Assembly: GCA_002269645.1 (NCBI GenBank)
Contig: NIVC01000764.1
Location: 124,001 to 188,000, forward strand
DNA: 64,000 nt
Reading direction: 5' to 3'
Source of the DNA: Macrostomum lignano
Taxonomy: Eukaryota
In this document: piece by piece, positions 39,135-52,400 of the stretch
How the letters are laid out: every line of letters begins with the position of its first letter
Position numbering within the stretch: position 1 is the stretch's first letter
Notes under the pieces: model-generated
The model's input: only the letters and a program-made list of their open reading frames with translations
Told to the model about the DNA's origin: nothing
The model's database searches: none
Translations under genes and position numbers: made by a program

Positions 39135-39660
39135 TGTTGGCAATCCTGACACCCTCAATTTAGGCAATCCTGACACCCTCAATTTAGGCAATCCTGACAC
39201 CCTCAATTTAGGCAATCCTGACACCCTCAATTTAGGCAATCCTGACACCCTCAATTTAGGCAATCCTGACACCCTCAATTTAGGCAATCCTGACACCCTC
39301 AATTTAGGCAATCCTGACACCCTCAATTTAGGCAATCCTGACACCCTCAATTTAGGCAATCCTGACATCCTCAATTTAGGCGATCCTGACACCCCATTTT
39401 AGGCGATCCTGACACCCCCTCAAATTTAGGCGATACTGACACACCTTTCTTAGAAGATCCTGACATCCTCGCTTTAAGAGATCTTGGCACTCCATTTACA
39501 GAGATCCTGACACCCCACTTGCATAGATCCTGACACCCCACTTTAAGAGATCCTGACACCCCACTTTAAGAGATCCTGACACCCCACTTTAAGAGATCCT
39601 GACACCCCACTTTAAGAGATCCTGACACCCCCATTTTAGACACTCCTGACACCCTAGCAA
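39135..39660. repeat. 24-bp minisatellite (CAATCCTGACACCCTCAATTTAGG) with diverged 23-bp tail
   Basis: About 10 perfect units, then variants. Confidence 0.95.
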
Positions 39661-40329
39661 ACATTATTTTGAAGCTCTAAAAGCATGTATGCATGTATAT
39701 TTCGATTGGATGTCTTAAGAATTGCAGATGAAAAAAAACAAGAAGTTACGAGCGTATCAGCTGATGAGTCACGAACAAGAAGCACAAAACTTTCCTAGAA
39801 ACGCCCTCCTGCAGCGTGAGCTTAGCCGCACGCATGAGATCAGACCAGACAAGGGTAAGGGAGAGCCAGTTCTCATTGTAGTTCAGGTAAAGGCACAGCA
39901 GCTCTCACTGCTCAAATTCAACTCCCAGATCTCCCCCCCCAGTAGCCCACAGCATGTATCGGCCACTTGTGAATTTCAGCTCATATAACATTCACTGCAA
40001 CTCAATTTACCCGTGCACTGCCCCTGACCCTGAGAGTGCCAGCTCTGCACACACTGCCACTGCCACTGCCACTTGATCAGCGGCCACAGTTACGGGGCAT
40101 TTCCACTAAGAGAATTGTTGAAAATGCATAACATATGAAATATGCATAGGCTCTCTTAGTAACGCTTTCACAACTATCTGGAGGTGCAATATTATGGCCA
40201 ATTACAAGTATATAATAAATATACGCTTGTAATAGAAAGATAAGTAAGAGTGCAATTATAAAAATAAGTATAAGTTCATATACGAGTATATCATAATCTG
40301 TCTGGCTGTCTGTCTTATTGTGTTAATTA

Positions 40330-40556
<227 letters not shown>

Positions 40557-41734
40557 TAATAGATAAGTGAAAATCTTGGGCTTGGCCATAGACTTCAGAC
40601 ATGTATTTTTTCTGGCGTTTCACAATCAAACCCCAAATAAATACGTTTCGGCAGTCTACGGCCGGTCCAATTTGCTAGTACGCTCGTAAATAATCGAACT
40701 TTTTGCAAGCCATTCGATGCTACGAGCAAGCAATTTAATAACCATGGTGGGAAAACCCTGTGCTAAAAGATAGAAAAACTCACAGAATCAGACTTACCTC
40801 TGACAGCTGTGGGCAAACCTCTCAGCAAAAGCGGTCAGGTAGTAACGGAACCTGGCACCTCTATAAACAACATCTACGCGAAAGAACCTGCGACGCGGAC
40901 TGCGGCAAGATTTGCGCTAGGCACGAACGATTCTCACCACGGAGGCAGGAATTTGACCAGCGACTGACTGATTTGACTCCAGAATGTCATCTGATCTGTG
41001 TTGATGAAAATAATCCAGGAGGTTTCACCGAATCCTAGACTGGTTCACCATAAGATCGTGAGCCAGATACTGACTGCCGACCTATTCCGGGTGTTCATCG
41101 AGGAGCTGCTCAACTCCGGTGGTCGGTTTCAGTTGTGTTCGGTTCAGTCTTCTTTCTCAAAATGTTTGTGATTATTGCTTTGTCTCCCCAAATGCAGTGT
41201 TTAAAAGCGATACAAGTCTAAATGATTAAATGGGTGCTCGGATTAATTAATTGCTTGCTTTAAATATCAAATGGCTTGCAAAAGCTACAGCACGCATTGA
41301 ATTTAATCCAAGATACGTTTGCCAAAGTAATGGAGCTTTTGTGTATGGTAGCAACAATTACACAGTCTCTATTTTGCAGAAAAAATCGATTCAATGCCCC
41401 TATAGTACTTCATCTCATTTTTTCTCAAGTACACCATATGCCGTGGTACTGTTTTATAGCATAGTGAAGTGTGGAGTCGCCACTGAGTCAGTGAAAACTT
41501 GTTAAAAATGCAGCTCCTACATTCATTCGAGATCGGCGCTAGCGCTAGGACTTAATTAGGGCCGTACGACTGACTCTTTTGCATGCTGAGGAAAGGCAGT
41601 CACGTATGGCAACCAACAACTACATACGAGGTACATGTAGTAGTGCAGCCAGGTAAATAAAAAACATGCTATTTTCGGAAATAATTCAGTACGTGTATGA
41701 CGGTGCAAAGCTTTGGAAAGAGGCGTTGATAGTG

Positions 41735-41945
41735 TCTCTCTGTCTGTCTGTCTGTCTGTCTCCGTCTGTCTGTCTGTCTCCGTCTGTCTGTCTGTCTGTC
41801 TCCGTCTGTCTGTCTGTCTGTCTGTCTTTCTGTCTGTCGGTCTGTTCAGACATGGGAGCCCACCAAGAAACAGGGGCGCCCACCAAGAGACAGGAGCGCC
41901 CACCAAGAAACAGGGGCGCCCACCAAGAGACAGGGGCGCCCGCTA
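41735..41945. repeat. (GTCT)n tract followed by about 20-bp GCCCACCAAGAAACAGG minisatellite
   Basis: Direct reading. Confidence 0.9.
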
Positions 41946-42459
41946 AGACACCATAAGTTCCGAAAGCGCGCCGTTGTAGGTCGAACAAGTGCGGGTGCCA
42001 ATTACATGTATGTTGGTTGAGAGAATCGGGTTGAATTATGGACATAATTGTTGCAATTAAAGCCTTTCAATTTACGACTACGAGTTGCAAATTTCTCAGA
42101 ATACTGTGTTCGTGAATTTAAAACGCATACATGTGTGCCGCTGTTTATTCATCTTAAAAAATTCTCTTTGATTTCGCAGCGGGTGCAGTCGGTCATGCGA
42201 GCTGCAGCAGCAGCCAGAGCATACCGCAGGGCTGACGCATCCGATCGTAGCGATCTGAGACATGCTCGAAAAAACTGGGTCTTTCCGGGATTATGCGCAG
42301 CGCGGCTCAGCTCATGCGTCAGGGTGTGCACGTAGCTGCAAATGCGCTTGATCGGCTGTAGGTTGGAATTAATTTTGTGTGCCCGAGGGCTTTCTGGAAG
42401 TGCGGCCTTCCAAGCTGAACTGACAACCATTTATTTCATGTACATGCTATGCTTTAGAC

Positions 42460-43080
<621 letters not shown>

Positions 43081-44080
43081 GGGCGCTCCGGCCCCTATCT
43101 CTCAGGCCACGGATGCAGGAAAATTTGAACTCCAGTCAGCTTGATTACCTCCAGTAGCATTCATTTTCTGGAGAAGCGTTAATTACTGTGGGGGGGGGCG
43201 ATTGAGAGGGCGTGGCCCTCCCGTTGTGAGCTCTGATCACTGAGCTGCAGTGCCCATTGCTGGCTTCCTTATTGCCGTTTACTAAAAAAACTCCATCTCC
43301 ATCCCCCGTCGGAGCCGTACAGTCGCATTCACTTGAGCCGCAGGCCACTCTTATAGTGGACAATATAAATAATTAATTAACCAAAAAATGTAACCGAGAG
43401 AAGGAACCAGCCGCAGTGTAGCAGTGTAGAAGCTTAAGGAACAAGACAACACACAGTTGTAAAAGCGAAATTAGTGGCTTCAACAACGGTAACAGAAAAC
43501 AGGGAACAGACGGGGGGATTTCAGAGTTGCAAGAAGTTGAGGGTGGTGTGGCGCGGTACTTAATTAAATCTGTCGCCAATGGCATAAATGTTTTACGAGC
43601 ACGTAGGAGGGAACGAAAAAAACTGCAATTAAAAAAAGCTTGAAAAATTCTTTCCGGCATGTCTTAGACACGCTACTTAGTAACTTGAATATCAGTAGCA
43701 AAATAAGCATTTTTACGCTATAAATATATTTCTTACTGACAGAATAACTTTTAAACAGTTTTATTTTTAGCCGAGGGCAAGAAGGATAGACCGACACTTT
43801 TAATTCTGGATAAGCTAAGATTAGGAAACAATATATGATTGATGAGGAGTGTAAAGGTATTTGAGAAATTTTAGCTTGCAACACCGAAGGGTGTTTGTAC
43901 TTGTAATATGTTTGTGTTTGTGTTTATAATATACAATTCAATACCCTTTACGAGGCGCGTTATAGCTGGCTTAGCCAATCAGAGATGAGTTGAGGAAATG
44001 TAAATATACATGTATATTTATAAACATATACCCACTTGAATTAAAATAAAACAGTAAAAATGTCTTCATTGCTACTGACA

Positions 44081-47000
44081 TCAGTAGCCTAGTGCGGACA
44101 GCTCGTCGCTGATTCGGCTCAGATAGCCGCTGTCCGGGTAGCCGTGGCTGCGGGATGCGTAGAGTAGAGAAATAATCAATTCTGTTTGACAGTCACGGAC
44201 TCAGAACTGACCTGGCCTATTTATTCGAATCTGACCCAACTTGACCCAAACAGACCCAATTGACCCAACTTGACCCAAACTGACCCAATTGACCCAACTT
44301 GACCCAATTGACCCAAACTGACCCAATTGACCCAACTTGACCCAACTTGACCCAAACTGACCCAACTTGACCCAACTTGACCCAAACTGACCCGACCCAA
44401 CTTGACCCAAACTGACGGCCCAAACTGACCCAACTTGACCCAAACTGACTCAAACTGACCCAACTTGACCCAAACTGACCCAACTTGACTTAAACTGACC
44501 TAAATTGACCTACTAAAACCAAACTGGCCAAAATCAACCCAACTTGACCTAAACTGACCTAAATTGACCTACTAAAACCAAACTGGCCAAAATCAACCCA
44601 ACTTGACCTAAACTGACCTAAATTGACCTACTAAAACCAAACTGGCCAAAATCAACCCAACTTGACCTAAACTGACCTAAATTGACCCAACTTGACCTAA
44701 ACTGACCTAAATTGACCTACTAAAACCAAACTGGCCAAAATCAACCCAAATTGACCCAACGTGACCTACATTGACCCAACTTGACCTAAATGATCCCATA
44801 TTGACCCAAATCGATCCAAAATTGACCTAAACTCACCTAACTTGATCCGAACCCAGATTGACCCAAACTGATCCTAACCTGACCTAAACTGACCCAACTT
44901 GACGCAGATTGACCTAGTTTTCTCCAACTTGACCCAACCTGACCCAGAAAACTCAAAAACTTACTTGGGAGGTCCGCCATTAATCTTGGTCTTGTGGTGC
45001 AGGGTGTTCCACGTGATCGCCATGTTATTTCCGGTGGTCGCTGACTGGCCCACCTGGAATACGATTCGACCATTGAAGGCAGCCCGAAGGCGCTGTACAA
45101 TGCCTCTGCCCTCTTCGTTGTTGGGAAAATAGGCCTCCCTGCTGATGCCCTTGTACTGCACTCCGTCCACGGTTCCGCTGGGAAAGGAGTACTTGATGAC
45201 TATGGTGCCGTTAGAGCGATCGTAGCCTGTAAAAAGACGAATGAAATTAGATAATTCTGACAACGTTTAGACCGGAAGTGCCAGTGCTAATAAATCGTTC
45301 TTTGAATACCACACAGGCACAATCAATTCGGAAATACCTCAACCGGAAGTGGCACAATACATATAGGCTCTAATACTAGTAAATGACACAGTCGTTTATA
45401 AAATCGCAACCTAAACTCTAAGGAAGTGCTACAACTCTAAACCAACGCAACCGGAATTGGTCCAGTAGTCTATAAAATCGCGACCGGAAGTGCTACTGCT
45501 TCAAAAAAACACAACCGGAAGTGGCACAGTAGTTTATAAAATCGCAACGGGAAGTGCTACTACTCAAAAATAACACAACCGGATGTGGCACAGTACTCAA
45601 TAAAATCGCGACTGGAAGTGCAATTGCTTTAAAATAACACAACCGGAAGTGGCACAGTAGTTTATAAAATCGCAACGGGAAGTGCTACTACTCAAAAATA
45701 ACACAACCGGATGTGGCACAGTACTCAATAAAATCGCAACCGGAAGTGCAATTGCTTTAAAATAACACAACCGGAAGTGGCACAGTAGTTTATAAAATCG
45801 CAACGGGAAGTGCTACTACTCAAAAATAACACAACCGGATGTGGCACAGTACTCAATAAAATCGCGACTGGAAGTGCTATTGCTTTAAAATAACACAACC
45901 GGAAGTGGCACAGTAGTTTATAAAATCGCAACGGGAAGTGCTACTACTCAAAAATAACACAACCGGATGTGGCACAGTACTCAATAAAATCGCAACCGGA
46001 AGTGCAATTGCTTTAAAATAACACAACCGGAAGTGGCACAGTAGTTTATAAAATCGCAACGGGAAGTGCTACTACTCAAAAATAACACAACCGGATGTGG
46101 CACAGTACTCAATAAAATCGCGACTGGAAGTGCTATTGCTTTAAAATAACACAACCGGAAGTGGCACAGTAGTTTATAAAATCGCAACCGGAAGTGCTAT
46201 TGCTTCAAAATAACACAACCGGAAGTGGCACAGTAGTTTATAAAATCGCAACCGGAATTGCTACTACTCAAAAATAACACAACCGGATGTGGCACAGTAG
46301 TCTATAAAATCGCAACCGGAAGTGCTTCTACTCCAAAATAACGCAACCGAAAGTGGCACAGTACTCTATAAAATCGCAACCGGAAGTGCTTCTACTCCAA
46401 AATAACGCAACCGGAAGTGGCACAGTAGTTTATAAAATCGCAACCGGAATTGCTACTACTCAAAAATAACACAACCGGAAGTGGCACAGTAGTCTATAAA
46501 ATCGCAACCGGAAGTGCTTCTACTCCAAAATAACGCAACCGGAAGTGGCACAGTAGTTTATAAAATCGCAACCGGAAGTGCTTCTACTCCAAAATAACGC
46601 AACCGGAAGTGGCACAGTAGTTTATAAAATCGCAACCGGAATTGCTACTACTCAAAAATAACACAACCGGAAGTGGCACAGTAGTCTATAAAATCGCAAC
46701 CGGAAGTGCTTCTACTCCAAAATAACGCAACCGGAAGTGGCACAGTACTCTATAAAATCGCTACCGGAAGTGCTTCTACTCCAAAATAACGCAACCGGAA
46801 GTGGCACAGTAGTTTATAAAATCGCAACGGGAAGTGCTACTACTCAAAAATAACACAACCGGATGTGGCACAGTAGTCTATAAAATCGCAACCGGAAGTG
46901 CTTCTACTCCAAAATAACGCAACCGGAAGTGGCAGAGCCCTTCCTCGTGTAATACAATTAAATGGCGATACAGAGATATTTCTAAAATCTTGGCCGAAGG

Positions 47001-49457
47001 TACACACTGGAAGGCAATTGATCTGAGCTCACCGGGCAGCTTGCGCTGATCCACTCGCTCTAGCATAGTCCCATTTGGCGGTTGATTCCCCACGGCCGGC
47101 CGGAAGCGCTGGAAGCAGAGAACGCATTTGCCGTCAGTTGGCAACTCGGAGCTGTTCAAGCGGTCCACGCACTCGCTGCACAGCTGGGTGCCGGCCGAGT
47201 CGCAGTGGAACGGCTTGGCTGGCCGATCGGCTGAGAAGTCCTCCGAGCAGATCGCGCAGGTGCCTGAAGCTTCAGCGGGATCAGCGGTGGCCGGGGCGGT
47301 GGCCGGGGCAGATTCAAACTGCTGCTGATTATCCGGTTCAACTTCCATCGATTCGGCGGCCTCAGAGGCGACGACCGCGGCTTCGTCGGTGTCAGTGTCG
47401 ACTTCGGAGTCAGGTGGCGGAGGGGCGGAGGCCAGCGAGACTGGAAATTGAGTTGGGTAGAGAGGGTTAAGAATGGGAGGGTAAATAATGGGAAAGTAAA
47501 GAATTAGGGGGTAGAGAAGGGGAGGGTAAAGAAGGGGAGGGTAGAGAAGGGGAGGGTAGAGAAGGGGAGGGTAGAGAAGGGGAGGGTAGAGAAGGGGAGG
47601 GTAAAGAAGGCGAGGGTAAAGAAGGGGGGTAAAGAAGGCGAGGGTAAAGAAGGGGGGTAAAGAAGGCGAGGGTAAAGAAGGGGGTAGAGAAGGGGAGGGT
47701 AGAGAAGGGGAGGGTAGAGAAGGGGAGGGTAGAGAAGGGGGTAGAGAAGGGGAGGGTAGAGAAGGGGAGGGTAGAGAAGGGGAGTGTAGAGAAGGGGAGG
47801 GTAGAGAAGGGGAGGGTAGAGAAGGGGAGGGTAAAGAAGGCGAGGGTAAAGAAGGGGAGGGTAGAGAAGGGGAGGGTAAAGAAGGCGAGGGTAAAGAAGG
47901 GGGGTAGAGAAGGGGAGGGTAGAGAAGGGGAGGGTAGAGAAGGGGAGGGTAGAAAAGGCAAGGGTAAAGAAGGCGAGGGTAAAGAAGGGAAGGGTAGAGA
48001 AGGGGAGGGTAAAGAAAGTAAGGGTAAAGAAGAGGGTAAAGAATGGAGGGTAAATAAGTGGAGGGCAAAGAATGGGAGGGTAGAGAAGGGGAGAGTAGAG
48101 AATGGGAGGGTAGAGAATGGGAGGGTAGAGAAGGGGAGGGTAGAGAAGGGGAGTGTAGAGAAGGGGAGGGTACAGAAGGGGAGGGTACAGAAGAAGAGGG
48201 TGGAGGAGGGTAGAGAATGAGGGCACACAAGACAATAGAAGAATGTAGAGAAGACAAGGGAACAAAGAAGGTCACGTCTGTCTCTCACGAGGCGCCTCGG
48301 CAACCCACGAAGCGGCGCTATTTCCGGCGCCAGGATTCGCCGGCGGAGGCGCTTCTTCGCTGGGCAACCGCCTGGCAACGGCGCCAATCAGCGCCTGCAG
48401 GGAGTCGCGGGCCACGCAGCAGACGTGCAGGCGCAGCGAGGCGCCGCCCAAGGCCCCAGACTCGACCAGACGGACAACGGCGGTGGCCAGGGCCTCGGCC
48501 CATTCGTGCGAGCCGCCGCCCCACAGCGGCAAGTTGTTGCCAAGTGTTGGCATGGCAACCCGATTGACGCCTTCGCTGACGGCCAAGCGAGCCAGCCGGC
48601 TCATCAGCTGTTCCAAGCAGCCGTCCATGGCCCGCCTTCGGGGGAGGGGGGTTCGAATTTGAATTCGCGCCAATTTAATTCAAAGAAAAGTAACGAATTA
48701 GTTTATAGAACAAATTGAGAAAACCGAGAAGTTAAAGTTTTACGTGCAAATTAACAATTTTTTACAAATTTTCTAAACCAATTAAATCCCCTCAAACCCC
48801 AACCAACCAGAAGATCTAATTCCCCTCAAACCCCAACCAACCGGAAGATCTGATCCCCCCAAACACCAACCAACCGGAAGATCTGATCCCCCCAAACACC
48901 AACCAACCGGAAGATCTGATCCCCCCAAACACCAACCAACCGGAAGATCTGATCCCCCCAAACACCAACCAACCGGAAGATCTGATCCCCCCAAACACCA
49001 ACCAACCGGAAGATCTAATTCCCCTCAAACACCAACCAACCGGAAGATCTAATTCCCCTCAAACACCAACCAACCGGAAGATCTAATTCCCCTCAAACAC
49101 CAACCAACCGGAAGATCTAATTCCCCTCAAACACCAACCAACCGGAAGATCTAATTCCTCCAAACACCAACCAACCGGAAGATCTAATTCCCCTCAAACA
49201 CCAACCAACCGGAAGATCTAATTCCCCTCAAACACCAACCAACCGGAAGATCTAATTCCCCTCAAACACCAACCAACCGGAAGATCTAATTCCCCTCAAA
49301 CACCAACCAACCGGAAGATCTAATTCCCCTCAAACACCAACCAACCGGAAGATCTAATTCCCCTCAAACACCAACCAACCGGAAGATCTAATTCCCCTCA
49401 AACACCAACCAACCGGAAGATCTAATTCCCCTCAAACACCAACCAACCGGAAGATCT

Positions 49458-49499
<42 letters not shown>

Positions 49500-52400
49500 T
49501 TATTAGTAGCTCCTTGGCAGCAGAGAGAAGAGCCCTCCATCTAGCCCTTGACCTGATCGAGGAGGAATCTCCGGAAAGCGCCCTCATCCTGACCGACAGC
49601 AAATCCGCCGTCCTGGCCGTCGCCAAGGAGAAGCTCTCCAGGAATCGATCCCATTTCCTCCTGATCGAGAGACTGAGGAGACTTAGTTCCCAATGCAAGA
49701 TCCTGGGGACTCTCCTGGACCAGAGCACGATCCCGATCGAATTTGAAGTGCTCGATAGACAAGTCAGAAACCGTTGGAAGCCGGTCACGAAAGACAAAGC
49801 GTCTGGCGGAGATCTACGGCACCACCCGAGACCCCGGCAACTTCGGCAGGAAGAACTCAGTGTTGCTCGCCCAGCTCCGATCCGGTCACTGTAAATGGAC
49901 ACCCTACTGGCGCCAGAAGATCGGGCTAGAGGAGCCTCAACCATGCCCAGATTGCGGAGAAAATCCCGACAAGGACCACTGGTTCCTCTGCCCCAGGTGG
50001 GACTGCCTACGGCTAGAGCTCGGACTCACGGAAGGGAAATGATGATGTTTGAGTTCCTGAGGAAGGCCCACCCGGAATGGCTGGCCTGATCTCGGAGACT
50101 CGTTCCGATGACAAACACACACAACAACAAAATACGCGACCCCGCATGCAAGTCAGTTAAAGCAGGGTGCGTCAGATGGCGCGCCGCAGAGCCTGGGAGA
50201 GAACAAAGTCCGCTCTCTTGGCAGTGTCGGGCGCCCCGGCGTCGCACAGCAGGCAGTCCACGTATCGACGGGTTCGGGCCTGACCCCTGCCTGAACGGAC
50301 CCTGCAAGGTGAGCAGCAGGACGTCCTGAACAGGTTGGCGGCAGAGGGCCCTCAACCCGGATCACGTGGCCCGCCAGTTGAAGTCGCCGCCGGCGCAGGA
50401 TGATGGACGGGCGCTGCAGCTTGGCCCGATCGTACAGGGCCTCGGTTCCGACGCTCTCGTTAGCTCGAAAGGCCGCACGGAGCAGCCCTGAGTGCGCCGA
50501 GTCCAGCTGCCGCTCTAGCGTAGCCGTCAGCGTCCATGTCTTGGCGTTGTAGAGCAGGACGGTTTCGACCACCGCCTGCCACAGCCGAGCCCTCTGGCGG
50601 TCGGGCAGCGCTTCGGGCTGGAGGACGGCTCGGATCGAACGAAAGGCCGCCCAGGCAAGTCCTCTGCGCCGCCGGAGGTCTTCTTCCACGTGGGGCACCA
50701 GACCGCCGAGGTAGGTGAACCGCTGGCAGCGTGCGAGCCTGGTCGTCTGCCCGTCTGCGCCGCGGCACGTCAGGTCCGCTGGGATGTCGGCCGGCACAGT
50801 CAGCACCTCGGTCTTCAGCGTGTTGACGATCAGACCGACGCTCGATGCCACCTCGACCAGCCTGTCGATCTGGCGCTGGACGCCTTCAACGGACGAGGAC
50901 AGGAGGGCGAGGTCGTCGGCGTAGCCAAGTACGCTCAGGCGCTTTTCGCGATGGCGGCGACCGATGCGTCTGCGCAGCAGGAAGCCGTCATTAGCCGGGG
51001 GGAGTGCGGTCCGAAGCACCCAGTCCAGCAGCAGCACGAAGAGGAACGGCGCTAGCGTGTCGCCCTGCAGAACTCCTGATGAAGTGTCGAACCAGGCCGT
51101 CTGCCGTCACCACAGCAGCTCGAGTATCGCAATACAGCGGCATGACAGCGTCGATTAGCTGCTGGGGTACCCGGTAGGCTCGAAGGACAAAGGGAAGCGC
51201 GGCTCTCAACACGGAGTCAAACGCCTTTCGAAAGTCAACGAAGACAATGATCAGCGTAGACTGGCGGATGCGCGCCTCCTCGATGACACGGCGGAGTGCA
51301 AGGATCTGTGTCACTGTACCGCGTTGCGGCCGGAATCCGTTCTGCTCGTACCGCAGGTACGGGTCCAGCACCGACTGGAGACGATCGAGCAGCAGCCGGT
51401 TGAAGAGCTTCGCGGTGCAGGACATCAGCGAGATCCCGCGGTGGTCTTCTTTTCTTCGGTGGTCTGCGTTGTCCCTGCCTTCTTCAGGATCGGCACGATG
51501 TGCGCGACGGTCCACTCGGTAGGCGCAGGAGCGCCGGCGAGCACGCGGTTCATGACGCCTGTGACCTAGGAGGCCACACAGCGGAGCCGCAGCGCTTCGA
51601 ACAGGACTTCGTCGGGGCCGAGCGCCTTGCCGCCTGATGTTTTCCGAGCCAACAGCACAACGTCCTCCGTGGTGACTGGTCTGGTGCAGAAGTCCTTCTC
51701 AGCTGGGAGCGGCGTGTCCAGTGGGAGCGCAAAGCTGGCGGGCAGCGGCGACGCGGGCGCGTTCACGATGCCGGCGAAGAAGTCGCGCAATTCATTCCTG
51801 CGCTCCTCCGGGGTGTCGCCGGCCAGGTTCAGCGCCACGCGCTTTTTGCGCCCCGTCAGAGTCCGGACGGCCGTCCACACTGCGCGGTTCTTCACGTCGG
51901 GGCCGGCTGCAGTGATGGACCTAATGGCGTCGTCGACAGCGGCCTGCTGCCGCTCGTCAAGAAGGCGCTCAAATGCTTCTTCAGCGTTGCCCGTGGGCCG
52001 CCGGTTTCTGCGGAGTCGCTCGATGTTGAACAGCGCCTGCCTGATGATGGGGTCGCTCTGCCAGACAGGCAGCGATTTCTGCGCTGGCCGCATCAGCGAG
52101 ACCTTCTGCTCTGCAGCGGCTCTAACGGCGGTGCTGATGTCGAAATACTCCACCTCGCGCTGGTCTCCAAGCGCGCCGACGAAGGCGCCCGCGAATTGAC
52201 GCTTCACGCGGGTGTCCAACCGTGGCCGCTGCTTTGGCGGTCGGTAGAGCTGGTCGCGGAGCCGCAAGTCGCAGATCAGGAGTCGGTGGTCTGACCGGAG
52301 AGCCAGCGGAGCCATGGTGTCGCAGTTGGTGACGCGGCGGCGCTCGCGAGTGCGAACCAGCGCATGATCGAGTTGCGCCAGTCTCCTCGTGGCATTCCGC

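Noticed and set aside
48780-49456. 34-bp repeats as a CRISPR array
   Set aside because: Head-to-tail repeats without spacers and no cas genes.
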